A stretch of DNA of 64,000 nucleotides from Balanoglossus misakiensis (Eukaryota > Animalia > Hemichordata): assembly GCA_040954595.2 (NCBI GenBank), contig CM082595.2, positions 9,227,918 through 9,291,917 on the forward strand, in the 5' to 3' direction. Positions within the stretch are counted from its first letter, which is position 1. The number at the start of each line of letters is the position of its first letter. Positions 51,241 through 62,659 of this stretch are shown here, one piece after another. Below the pieces are notes generated by a model. The model saw nothing but the letters and a program-made list of their open reading frames with translations, ran no database searches and was not told the origin of the DNA. A program made the position numbers and the translations under genes.

Positions 51241-51578
51241 CTGTGAATCAAATATATGCAAATATTAATTAGTAACCAATCAACCTTGCTTTAGAATTAT
51301 GTGGGCCATACAAATTAGTGAAAATATGCAAAACATGGTATAATATAGGGTCAGAAAAAATTTCCAGCCTATTTGTGTCATGATTTACATTTTTCTTTCT
51401 GGCCTAAAGTATTGTTTTATTTCACTCTAAACAACATTACTTTCCTTCATGCGTCTAATATAATAACAGATCTCTTAGCCAGTTTGATTAAGCATAGTGT
51501 TGGACTAGCACACGTTCAGCCAAAGTTAAAGTATCTCCCTGTGTATTGATATGGGAGTAATTTTAGCTATATGGTTAA

Positions 51579-51925
51579 AGGGACAAAGTCTCTCTGTCGC
51601 TGTCCTTTTTCCATTAATTATGTTTGATACAAGACACTGTTTATGTCAATGTACATTTGGATATATAGTGAATAAATGATCAACCACACAAAACTTCCAT
51701 CCCGCTTGTATGATATGAGAGTAAAAACTCGCCCAAAATGAATAAATGGTAAAGAACGATTATTCATTTTGGCGAGTATTTTTACTCTCGTGTCTACAAG
51801 TGGGACGGAAGTTGTGTGTGGCTGAACGTTCATTCACTATATATCTACATGTAGAATAACAAACGGTGTCTTGTATCAAATATAATTAATGGAAAAAAGG
51901 GCAGCGAGAGAGAGACTTTGTCCCT
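51579..51925. mobile_element. Palindromic MITE with TTAA TSD (Kolobok-like)
   Basis: TTAA|AGGGACAAAGTC ... GACTTTGTCCCT|TTAA; the paralogous site at 45458-45461 is empty with a single TTAA. Confidence 0.92.
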
Positions 51926-52167
51926 TTAAGGAAATGCATCCACATTTATTTTATGCTCCACGTGAAGATTTGAACTTGTGAGTTGTCCATCTAATTCATG
52001 ACATCACGATCATATCACAAGCAATCGAGGCCAGAATTCGAAGGGGAAAAAACAGGTACATTGTATTGAAAGCTGGAATATGTAAATTAGTTCGTAGACA
52101 TACATTTCTTCCTATTGTTTCGGTTGCAACACCCGATAAAAGCAAATATAAAGCAAGTCATGCTTAC

Positions 52168-52242
52168 CATTGAGCGGTCTTAAACTCGCCCCGGACAAGG
52201 AAGAGAATCCCGAGTTGAAACGCAGACAGTTTCAGGCAGCAT
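52168..52242 (-). other. Candidate micro-exon X2 (75 bp), signal-peptide-like
   Basis: CCLKLSAFQLGILFLVRGEFKTAQ; 4 differences from X1, 3 of them synonymous in this frame. Confidence 0.55.
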
Positions 52243-55189
52243 CTGTGAATCAAATAGACATAGAAGTTAGTAACCAGTCATAGAAGCTCTGCGTGGCAGG
52301 GCTGCGTGTTAACGGCTATACCATAGCTCCCACTGGTAGCTTTTAACAGTCTCAATGGTGCCAAAAATCTCCCCAACAACAAAACCAACCCTGGTCAGTT
52401 TATTCGCTATCGCTTTGCCTTAAAAGTTATACTGTAGTGTGTTACCACAGGGGGCTCCTCCCTCCGCGATTTTATTGTTTGTTTGTTGTTGTTGATTGGC
52501 ATAATAAACAAATACATATTTCTTTATTAATAAATATGGTTTGTTGACATGTAAGTGTTAGGGTATATTCAACAGTTAGGGTTACTGTTGGCATTTTTTG
52601 ACTGACTCGAGCCAACGAACGACGTACAATTTACTCGCACGGTGTAATATAACGCACAAATTCCATGCGACTGTGAGTTTACTGTTTGGTGCTGTAACGC
52701 TTCCCAAAGTCAGAATTTCGATGTTGGGAGGACCCTCTCGCCCTACCACGACCATTTTTTGCTAGAAGGAGTGTACATGTACTTGTAAAATAACATTAAA
52801 TGCCATGCTTACCAGAGAAACGACATCATCAAGCATGGAGGCGACCGGGACCTCCATGCTTGATGAACGTCAAAGCTGCAATGATTTTTCAAATGCAATG
52901 GTCAGCGGTACGAGAACGAGGCACCAGCTGTGCGTCAATTATGCAACTTACTTACTACTCAATCAGAATCCTGCTTCAACATGACGTAACACTAATTAGT
53001 CAAAGAATGCAATGCAACGTATGTGTGCGGGTGGAGAATGCGCCTCACGTCAATGCAGACACACCAGACACACACACTGAAATGCAAATTGAGGAATTAT
53101 GTCACGGTGTTCTTTGGAAGTGCGAATGAATAAAATATTTCGTTTTCTTCAGTGTTTTTGTACTACAAAAAAAATTGCTAAAAAACGACTAGCAAGCGCT
53201 TATGCAATAAAATACAAATAAATATAATTATCGCCAATTGGAAATGGAACGTCAATCCGCATTTGTCAAAAAATAACAGAAAAGACAAAGGAGCTGAGAC
53301 GTCCTAAAATAAAAGGAATGACCTCTCTGTTCTGACCTGTATGAGGAAGCCCTATTGTAATACGCAATATGTCGGATCATGCTACCATCCGCCATTCTGA
53401 TTGGACGAGAGATCAATCCATCGATACGAAAGTACTCAATAGAGCACTGCTAAAACTGGCCCCTGAACTAATAGCATGCAACAGGGAAAACGTGACTAAA
53501 TAAAAAAAAATATAGCTGATAAATTTACGGACGGCCGGTTTATTTTTTAACTGCTCTATTGGAACTGTTGTCACTGTCATGCACGATGCATGTCTTGTCA
53601 TTGCGCACTCGTGTTAACATTCATCAGAGCGCCTTTCGATCAATTCGTAACGTTTACATTAGACTCGAGTTCATTTTCGTTATGAAAATGACATTGATAT
53701 ACACAAAGTCGATTACTGATATAAAATAATAGCAATAACCCTAACCATAGATTAGGCTATAGCATTCCGGTATTTTTTTCAATATCACTCAGGAAGGATT
53801 CTATAACATTCTGTTTTGTATCGGGATGTATAATTTAATATCCATACTACAAAACAAATATCAGCGGTAACTCAGAAAATATTGTTGAAAATTTGTTCTC
53901 TGTAGGCCTAACCATGGTAAGATAATGCAATGCCGGTAAGTATTTTGGAAGTCAAGGTTGCATTGTATTGTCTGGTGTTCAAATAATCACAAACATCCCG
54001 GAAGACTAAATTCTTTCTGTCAAAACCACTTCTGCAACGACAAGAACTTTCAGGGCAGGCAAAACCATGGCATGAAGACGATATGAAGTCGATGAGTTAA
54101 TGTTATGTTGAACCCGGCCACTTTACGTATCTTAACTATTCACACATTGACCATTCTATAATTCTCTCCCTTTTGATGTCTTCTTTGTGGTTTGTTTGTA
54201 AAAATGTTGCCTGTGTTGAAACTTGACTACTTGTCACTTTTGCCTACCAAGAATAATATGACCAAAAGGGGTGGCATGAAATTCTAGACTGTAACAAAAC
54301 TCGATTTCATGACCCAAAGTTTGATTTTATGTGTTTTTGGTTTGGACGTGGCAAAGACATGTAAATTCCGACCACCTATACACCATCCATACATGTATGA
54401 ATCGACATCATTTATTGCACGAGAGACTTCAAGCAAGCATTCCATCATCGCAAAAGGACAAAGAGAGAGCGACTTTGTCTCTTTAAATTAATTTAGCAAG
54501 TTCAAAGTGAATGCCCACATGAAAACCTTTACTCAGCAATTTTTTTTTGTAATTAATAAAACTAGGTTTGGTATGTTTTTGCGCTTGTTTTATTTTCCTT
54601 TTGTCTATAAATAGTCGTATATTTTAAAACAGCTAAAATGAGTCAAATGGGGCATTTTTCCATCCCACCTCATCCTAGCTAAGAGCTTCAGTGCCGGTCA
54701 CCTCCACAAAATTAATTTACCACGAACAAATTGAAATACAGCCAATCGGAAAAAGTGCGCCACCACATGGTCATTTGAAGACTTTTATGCTCTCTTCTGG
54801 CCGTAAACGCATGTGATCTGGAATAAATCGAACATCGATCGTGTTTTATTTATTTTCACCACCAGCGAAAATCTACGACGGCCCAACCGCAGATTATTGC
54901 TGCTCCATACAACAACCGGCTTAAACTGTTCTGTGCATGTGTTTTGTGTTCTGGTGGCGTTTGCGGGTCTGAGACGTCATTTGTAGAAGGCCCTATTCGT
55001 TTTCTACCAATAACTTTTACCAACCATGCTAGAACTATTTCGTTTTCTTTGACGACGCTTGACACTTTTCTTTCTTTGTTGTTAGTACATGTAGTTTGTT
55101 TGTTCGTTACGTCTGTTACTGGGGTTCTTCACTTGTAGTCTGGTTACACTATGAGATAGGTGCCGTTAATCAGAATTTTTGGTAAGGAA

Positions 55190-56650
55190 GGTTTGAGAAG
55201 TCCATTCTATGTAAAAAATGGTGCTCATTCCAAAAAAGTCAGTCTTATTAACCCCACTCAAGACAAAATTGCCATTTTGGCCTTTTTTAACCCCAAAATG
55301 GTCTTTTTTAGAAAACACTAAAAACACATTGTTTTCGTCACATTCTGAGATCTGATAACATATGATATGCTTATTCTATGTAAAATTTGGTGAATATTAC
55401 GAAAAAAGTAGTTCGATTGACCCAAAACAACAGAAAATTGCCTTTTTGACCAATTTTTGCCCCAAAAACGTCATTTTTAGAAAAAAAATAAAACACACGG
55501 TTTTCTTCATAATGATTGATCTGGTGATATATGGAAAGTCAATTCTATGTTAAAAGTGGTGACTTTAAAAAATAAAGCAGTCTTTTTGACCTCAATCAAT
55601 ACAAAAATGCCATTTTTGGCCACTTTTTGTGGTCAAAAAAGGTCATTTTTACAAAAAAACTAAAAATAAATTGTGTTTATCATATTCAGAGATCATTGGA
55701 TATATGAAATGTCCATTCTATGTAAAAAATGGTGCTGATTCCAGAAATAGCAGTCTTATTGACCCTACTCAAGAAAAAATGCCATTTTTGCCACTTTTTG
55801 CCCCAAAACGTCATTTTCAGAAAACACACAAAATTTATATATTTTCTTCACTTTCGGAGATCTGATAATGTATTATATGCCCACCCTATGTAAAATCTGG
55901 TGATTATTCGAAAAAAGCAGATTTATTGACCCAACCTAATGCAAAAATGCCCTTTTGGAATGTTTTTGCCCAAAAAGGCCATTTTTAGAAAAAAAATTAA
56001 AAACAAACTTTTCTTCATAAAGCTCAGAGATCATGTTATATATGAAATGTTCATCCTATGTAAAAAATGGTGCTGATTCCAGAAATAGCAGTCTTATTGA
56101 TCCTACTCAAGAAAAAATGCCATTTTGCCACTTTTTGCCCCCAAAACGTCATTTTCAGAAAACACTCAAAATTTATATATTTTCTTCACTTTCGGAGATC
56201 TGATAATGAATTATATGCCCACTGTATGTGAAAAGTTTCCAAAAAAGCAGTTTTATTGATGCCACTCAAGATAAAAGTGCCTTTTTGGCAAGTTTTTGCC
56301 CAAAAAGTGTCATTTCTAGAAAATACGAAAATTATGCCATTTTCTTCCCATTGGTGATCAAATGATAAATAAAAGTACTAAAAAACCCACTCTTACTGAC
56401 CCCACTGAGGGAAAAAAATATCATTTTGGCCTCTTTGCTCAAAAAGGTAACTGTTAGAAAAAATAAATACAAACTTATTCCTTTATATTCAGAGCCCTTG
56501 TGATGTATGTAAATTCGTTTTTTGTGTGTGTGTGTGTGCAAAAAATATGCTGATACCAGCACAACGGTCTTATTGAGACACCCCGCTCAGTACAAAATTG
56601 CCATTTAGCCATCTTTTGGTCAACAATAGGCATTTTCAGAAAACAAATAT
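55190..56650. repeat. Diverged AT-rich tandem repeat, ~170-bp unit, ~8 copies with a ~340-bp dimer
   Basis: CATTCTATGTAAAAAATGGTG...GCAGTCTTATTGACCC...AAATGCCATTTTTG recurs at ~55201, 55372, 55541, 55712, 55881, 56051, 56220; the 55712 and 56051 units are nearly identical. Confidence 0.85.
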
Positions 56651-56664
56651 AATTGATGTTATAT

Positions 56665-56870
56665 CGTGGCGGCTGTCCGGCTCCTGCAAACGCAGCGTAC
56701 TGAGACACGAATGGGTTCGGGTATGACATCTGCTGGAAGTGTTGCTGGTATGCTGCGGCTGGATAGGGTGGGGGTTGTTGGTTCGCAGAAGCTACAGGCT
56801 GGGGTGTGTTTGTGCTTGTGCTTGTTGTGGCAGTATCAGCAGAGGTTGCTATGCTTTTCTTTGTCTCTTC
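56665..56870 (-). pseudogene. Orphan exon fragment encoding T/S- then P/Q/Y/A-rich low-complexity peptide
   Basis: Acceptor ttctttttatcctccacag; open frame EETKKSIATSADTATTSTSTNTPQPVASANQQPPPYPAAAYQQHFQQMSYPNPFVSQYAAFAGAGQPP; GC-rich; no donor before the satellite. Confidence 0.55.
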
Positions 56871-57230
56871 CTGTGGAGGATAAAAAGAACACAGTGTTTT
56901 TGCAAAGGTCGGGGAACACTGGTAATGGATTTGGGAACCCCGTTAATATTCCTATAACCTCCTAATATAACCACATTGATACACCCAGGGGAACCCCGGT
57001 AAAATGACTGGGGAAGTCTGGTAGACTGCCTGACCACTGTGACATTGGCCTTGTTCTGTTGTTTTAATTCGGAGTGACTGGGGTACTCCGGTAGATTTTA
57101 TCTAGGTACCGCCCTTAACAAAAACACTAGAAAGAACCACAATTTGGAAGGCATGAGAGGCAAATACCATTTAAGGATGTACACGCACAACATAAACTGA
57201 TAAACAGTGCATGTGTGTCTGTTCCTGAAA

Positions 57231-57568
57231 GGATTACATCGATAATTGCCAGAAAACAAACTTCTACTATTGTCTTTTTCACGAAATTTTACACATACCT
57301 CAGTCAAGTAAACGTAAATTCATTGGTCAAAAAAAATTATGTGGTCACCAAGCTCTATTATGAGATAAATTGCGTTAAAATCTTCGCCCATAGACAAAGC
57401 ATTGGTGAAAAATGCTGAGACAGCAAATTTCTTCTATTATCAACTAAATTCATGGCTCTGTATTTTTTTTTAAAAGGGCAATGACCCCTACAATTTTTAA
57501 CGGATTCTCATTATACATACACAGCATAATCCAAAAATCCACAATTAAAAGAATGACAATACTTTCAA
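57231..57568. repeat. Interspersed repeat (copy of 12183-12520)
   Basis: Direct similarity over ~340 bp. Confidence 0.75.
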
Positions 57569-59203
57569 CGTGTATAATACCAGCATACACCTGTTTCAAG
57601 TCCAGTGTCCTAATACACCATCATCATGAATTGGAACTCAAAGCAAGGCCAATGAGCAAACCCAGATTGACAACTCATTACACCAGCAAAGTGGTTTCTT
57701 TATGGAAGTGGTGGTACCAATAAATACTTTATTCAAGGTAAGAATTTCTTATTGTAGCAGTATTTTCATTTCCATTCATGTTTTAAAGGCCTTTTTTGTA
57801 GATTCTGAGTTTCTATGCCAGACAAAGTATGATTATTTTTCCACTAATGCAGCCTGAATTAAAGTCAACATTTTTCACCATAGGTCTTTCTATGTTATTT
57901 TTCTATAGGCATGGACACATTTAAGTTTATCTCAAAACTGAGCACAGTGGTGAGCCTACAACTTATATGAATCACTCAATTTAATTTCATTTGGATGAGT
58001 TATGAGTGAAACTTCTTAAAATTACAATAGTAGAAAAGGGTTTTCTATCAATTCTCAATGTTATCCTATGGGAAGAAACACATTCCATGAGCTCATACAT
58101 GTAGTGTGTGCCATTCTTAACCCTTTCAGTATTATATGAATCAGATATAGAAGCTTGTTCAACGTCCCGTTGCGGCCAAGCCAATCAGATTGCACGTTAT
58201 GTCAATCAAAACTGAAGGATACCTAAAGTTCTCTATAAGGCACCGTCTGATTGGTTTACTAGAATTTTCAACGGGAGCTTCTATGGGAGTTGGTCAGATG
58301 TAGTGTGAGGCGACAGTATAAGAATACCGTACTGCGAAGTAAAAGACGTCGCCGTACCCTACATCTGATTTTAATCAGATTGTATGCACACATAAGCTGG
58401 TTTAGAATACTGATAAACCCTGATGAAACAATCTCAGTAAAATATATACAGATGAGAATGAGAATGCAGTTAAAGTTAAATATACATTCGTTGTATCTTT
58501 TGGCTTTATTTCCAGTATTTTTGTTCTATGTAGCAAATGCGATTTCATGTTCTACTCCACACAGATTGTTACTTGTCAGCACAGAATGTATGTGTATAAT
58601 GGCCATTGTCATTGTTGACAATAATTCATGGATTCTAGTCTGGACTTAAATTCCAATTTGGCACAATAACAATGCTGACCATACACATATATGTTTCATC
58701 ATGTTTCGGGAATTTGCACAAGAAACTGCTAAACAAAGATACTGAAAACATAGGAAAAAGGTAAAGGTAATGGAGCTTTAATTACAATTCACACTGTATA
58801 CAAAATCCATGTAAAAATTCAAAATACTGGATTTGTCAGCTTCAACTGATATGGGGGTCACACAAGAAATTGCTAAAACGTCTCAGATCAAATACTGGCA
58901 TAAATTATTATTGGTGAATGGTTTAAGTGGTCCTGAATCTTCTCAGATTTGAGACACGTCTCTTACCAGGTTCACACAGGGTAAAATTTGAGACACTATT
59001 AGTCTATGGTAAACACAGAGCGTTAATACTTTGGGGGGGGGGGGTTAGCTGGGCAGGCCCGCCCTCCTTTATTTTTTGCCACCCTGCTATCTTACGCGCC
59101 GCCCTGCTTTCTTTTCATTCCCGCCTTGGTAAATATTTATTGTTTCTGGTGCACGCTCCCGCATGCGGCTGGCATTTGAGAGAATGATATTTATTCAGTT
59201 TAG

Positions 59204-60295
59204 GGATGTTTTGTCGCCTTTGTACAAAACACAAGCAGAAGGCCAAGTGCGGAGGGACTTGGGTTACAACATCTCCATGTACATGTACCACCCTTCGCGA
59301 AGACAAACTCAAGCAGCATGAAGAGACGATTATCGACTGGGCGGCAATGCAGCTTGACGCCGAGGCAGCAGTTATGGAGAACAGCAGCGGTCTTGTGGCT
59401 GCATTTGACAAGGTCATCACCTTTGAGACGCAAGCCTTCATGCATCGGCGTCCTACGATGCATGTATTTTCTCATGCACAGAGAATTGCCGCACACCACC
59501 AACTTCATCCATGTTTTGGAATTGGCAAAGTCCCTCGGGTGTTCATTCCTTGGTACTCTCAGCAGTGATGACCACAACTATAATGGTTTATTGCATTGGT
59601 AAGTAGGTCTACTGATTTTTGTGCAGATCTAAATTGTAGGCAATGTAGTAACATTTATTTAAACCTGGTTGTTTTCAAGAAAGGATCACTGTTTAAGCAA
59701 TAGTGTTACACTCAATAAAGAATAATTACTGTACAAATTACTGTGAATTTTGATAAGTTTAATCTGAAGAGTAATTTTCATTTATTTCATTTTTCAGGCA
59801 AAGTCATCCGTGATGAGATTTTAGAGAAGATGAAAGGAAGTAACTTCTATTCACTGTTAATAGATGAAAACAACTGATGTGGCTGTATTGAAGCAATTAA
59901 TCATCTATTCCAAGTACACCTTGAAGTCTGGGAAGTCAGTTGTGTCTTTCCTTGGAGTTAAAGAAGTAAGTGGAAAGTTTTTCAATTTTTAAGTCTACAC
60001 TGAATTAAAAACATACGATTAAACATGTTTTTGAGTGACCTCATTTAATTGATTTTGCTGACTAGTTATTTCAGGTGAGACAAACATTGAGTTGTACATT
60101 GCATGTGTTAACATCAAGGTTTTATTTTCACTGTTTTAGGTTGGTGATGGCAGAGCAGACACCATTGCACAGTCAGTGAAAGAGTTTTCTTCAGAGAATG
60201 GTATTGTCTTAAGAGATCGTCTGTCTGCTTTGGGCAGTGATGGTGCTCCTGTTATGCTTGGACAGAAAGGAGGGGTGGCTACCAAACTAAAAGAA
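59204..60295 (+). mobile_element. Decayed intron-containing hAT transposase (ZNF862/DUF4371-like); exons ~59204-59598, 59798-59965, 60140-60295
   Basis: MFCRLC zinc-finger start; YFLMHRELPHTTNF; FYSLLIDE/TTDVAVLKQLIIYSKY; SFLG; ADTI; GSDGAPVMLGQKGGVATKLKE; GT-AG introns; frameshifts at ~59440 and ~59868. Confidence 0.85.
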
Positions 60296-61103
60296 GTGAG
60301 TGAAATTTTGAGTTGTGAAGACATTGTGATTTTGTAAGTTTTTAGTTGGTGTCTTTATATCGTGACAATAATAATAGTAATAATTAAAGCTCCAAGCAGC
60401 ATTGAAGGGGCCCAAGCATAGAGATAATAACCATTAGACTCCATTCAGGGTTGTACCATTCAATTGCGTAGGCTGTATTTGCTCTGGATGCGGAGATATG
60501 GGGAAGTAGGCAACCACCCGAAATGGATGTCCTACAAGTACAAACACAACAACTACAAGTGAACTTCTACGTTATGTAAGGACTTCAGTTAAGTACTTCA
60601 AAGGTCAGCTGAGGGTACCCAGAAATTGGGCCAAAAATTTGGATTCCTATTTGGTTCATATTCAAGACAACGGAAAATTCTCGCCCTTTGGGTTTTTAAA
60701 ATTAGGTATGGCCATAATAATGAGTTACGCAAGTAAGTTACAGGTGGCCCTAGGAATTTAGCATTTCATGACGGTCCTACCCTACCCCTCCAAACACGTG
60801 GCTATATATGATGTGCATGCTAACATATGGAAAGCAGGTCAATGGACACCTGAGGTCATTCAAAAATTTGACAGAAAAATTTCATTCCTGTTTATGTCTT
60901 GTGCAACAAATCCTACATTTGCAGCCCTTTCACTTTGCCTAACATTAGGTATGCACGTAATACATGAATCAAGCAGGTGTCAAAGGTATCCCCCTGTATT
61001 TGGCATTTCATGATAGTTTCATCCCTCCAAATACCAAAGCTGCACCTGTACAACGGGATGAGATATGGCACTCTATGACAGAGGTCATCCAAATCACCTT
61101 ATA

Positions 61104-61990
61104 CATCAATCAATCAATCAATCAGAGAAATTTGTATAGCGCCAGTATCTATAACAAGTGTCATACTCAAAGGCGCTTGTGCTCATTGGCCCACACCATA
61201 TGCTCTTGCGAAATAATGCGTCTTCAGTCTTTTCTTAAAGATACTCAAACTTGGAGCTTGACGAATGTTCCACAGTTTCGTTGCAGCATGAGAGAATGCT
61301 CGGCCACCGTATGAAGAACGTTTGTACATTGTAGTGCATAAAAGGCTCTTATTAGCTGAACGAAGCCTGCGACCAGGAGAATATGTCCGAATGAGATCGC
61401 GGATATAGTTCGGAGCGAGATTATTTAAGGCTTTGTATGTGAGCAGATTTATTTTATACTCTATCCTGTGGCAAACTGGTAACCAATGAAGAAGTTGAAG
61501 AACTGGCGTTATATGGGCAGACTTCCTGGACCGAGTTATGATTCTTGCAGCTGTATTTTGTGTGCGTTGTAGAAGGTTCAGACTGCGTTCTGGTATACCA
61601 TACAGTAATGCATTACCATAGTCGAGTTTCGCTGCCAAAATAGCATGAATCACTGTTTGACATGTTGCTTTGTTAAGAAATTTCCTGATTTGTCCGACAC
61701 AGCGAAAGTGGTAATATATTGATTGACAAGTTTTCTTGATGTGATCTTTATACATGTGCGTATTGTCAAATATTACACCAATATTGCGAGCTGATTTAAC
61801 GACGGGAACAGAGCTTGAACCAATGGTAATCTTGTCAATAGCATCAGCAGAGTGATGAAATTGTGAACGAATAAGTAGAATCTCAGTTTTTAGAGTCGTT
61901 GAGTTGAAGCTTGTTTTGGGTCATCCAGTCCTTAAGATCACGGATACAGGCCTCAATGGACATTTGGGCAAAAACCAACTGACACTTACA
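61104..61990 (-). mobile_element. LINE (L2/CR1 group) 3' portion, RT C-terminus
   Basis: WMTQNKLQLNDSK/TE...RNIGVIFD...KLDYGNALLYG...QNTAARII...HITPVLQLLHWLPV...FKKRLKTHYF*; GGCGCTATACAAAT and (TGAT)n tail; frameshifted. Confidence 0.9.
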
Positions 61991-62659
61991 TTCGTCCCTG
62001 TGGAACAAAAACCACACCTATCGCCCTGTTGGTTAGTGTCCAATTAAATGTACAAAATCAATGACTTAGGCAGGTGCAACAGACGACCCCGCCTTTGGTA
62101 TATCATTATGGTCCCATCCGTATATGCCCCCCCCCCTCTCCCAAGCCAAAGCTGCATGCATCTGCTGTGGATGCTCACTAAGCAAAAGTAGGTGAAAGGT
62201 CACATAAGGTCGCCCACAACTTGACGGGAAAATCGGACTTCATATTGATCCATGTGCAACAAATAGCACGCTACCACCCCTTTCATTGACCCCACAATTA
62301 CGCATGCACATAATTATTGAGTTATGCAGGTGTCACAGGTGACACCCGAATCGGGTGTATTATTTTAGTCCCATACAGCTGCATGTAGCTGCGTGCCGTT
62401 ACGGGCGACCTGATAACCCACACGGCCACCTGCGGGCCGACCCCCATACTGAACGTCCAGTTGCAACATCACGACTGAAGTAGGAACTTTTGAACGGCAA
62501 CGAAGCCTGATCTCTGATTATTGCTGGTACCATACTCCTGTCGTGCAAGAAAATCACTGGTCTGCTGACGTATTTCAGCCAATTTCCCAAACTACTATCC
62601 ACTACATGTGACTACAATGCTAATGAAACCTCCCACAACATTAGCGACTTAGGGTCAAA

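Larger units (their letters stand above)
49225..52290. repeat. Segmental duplication, copy 2 (similarity extends patchily to ~48420)
   Basis: Collinear with 42370-45805; ends just before a CAGGGCTGCGTGTTAAC hAT-like end at 52297. Confidence 0.88.

Noticed and set aside
52297-60300. One large hAT element from the CAGGGCTGCGTGTTAAC end to the transposase
   Set aside because: No matching right TIR or TSD found, so the link is unsupported.
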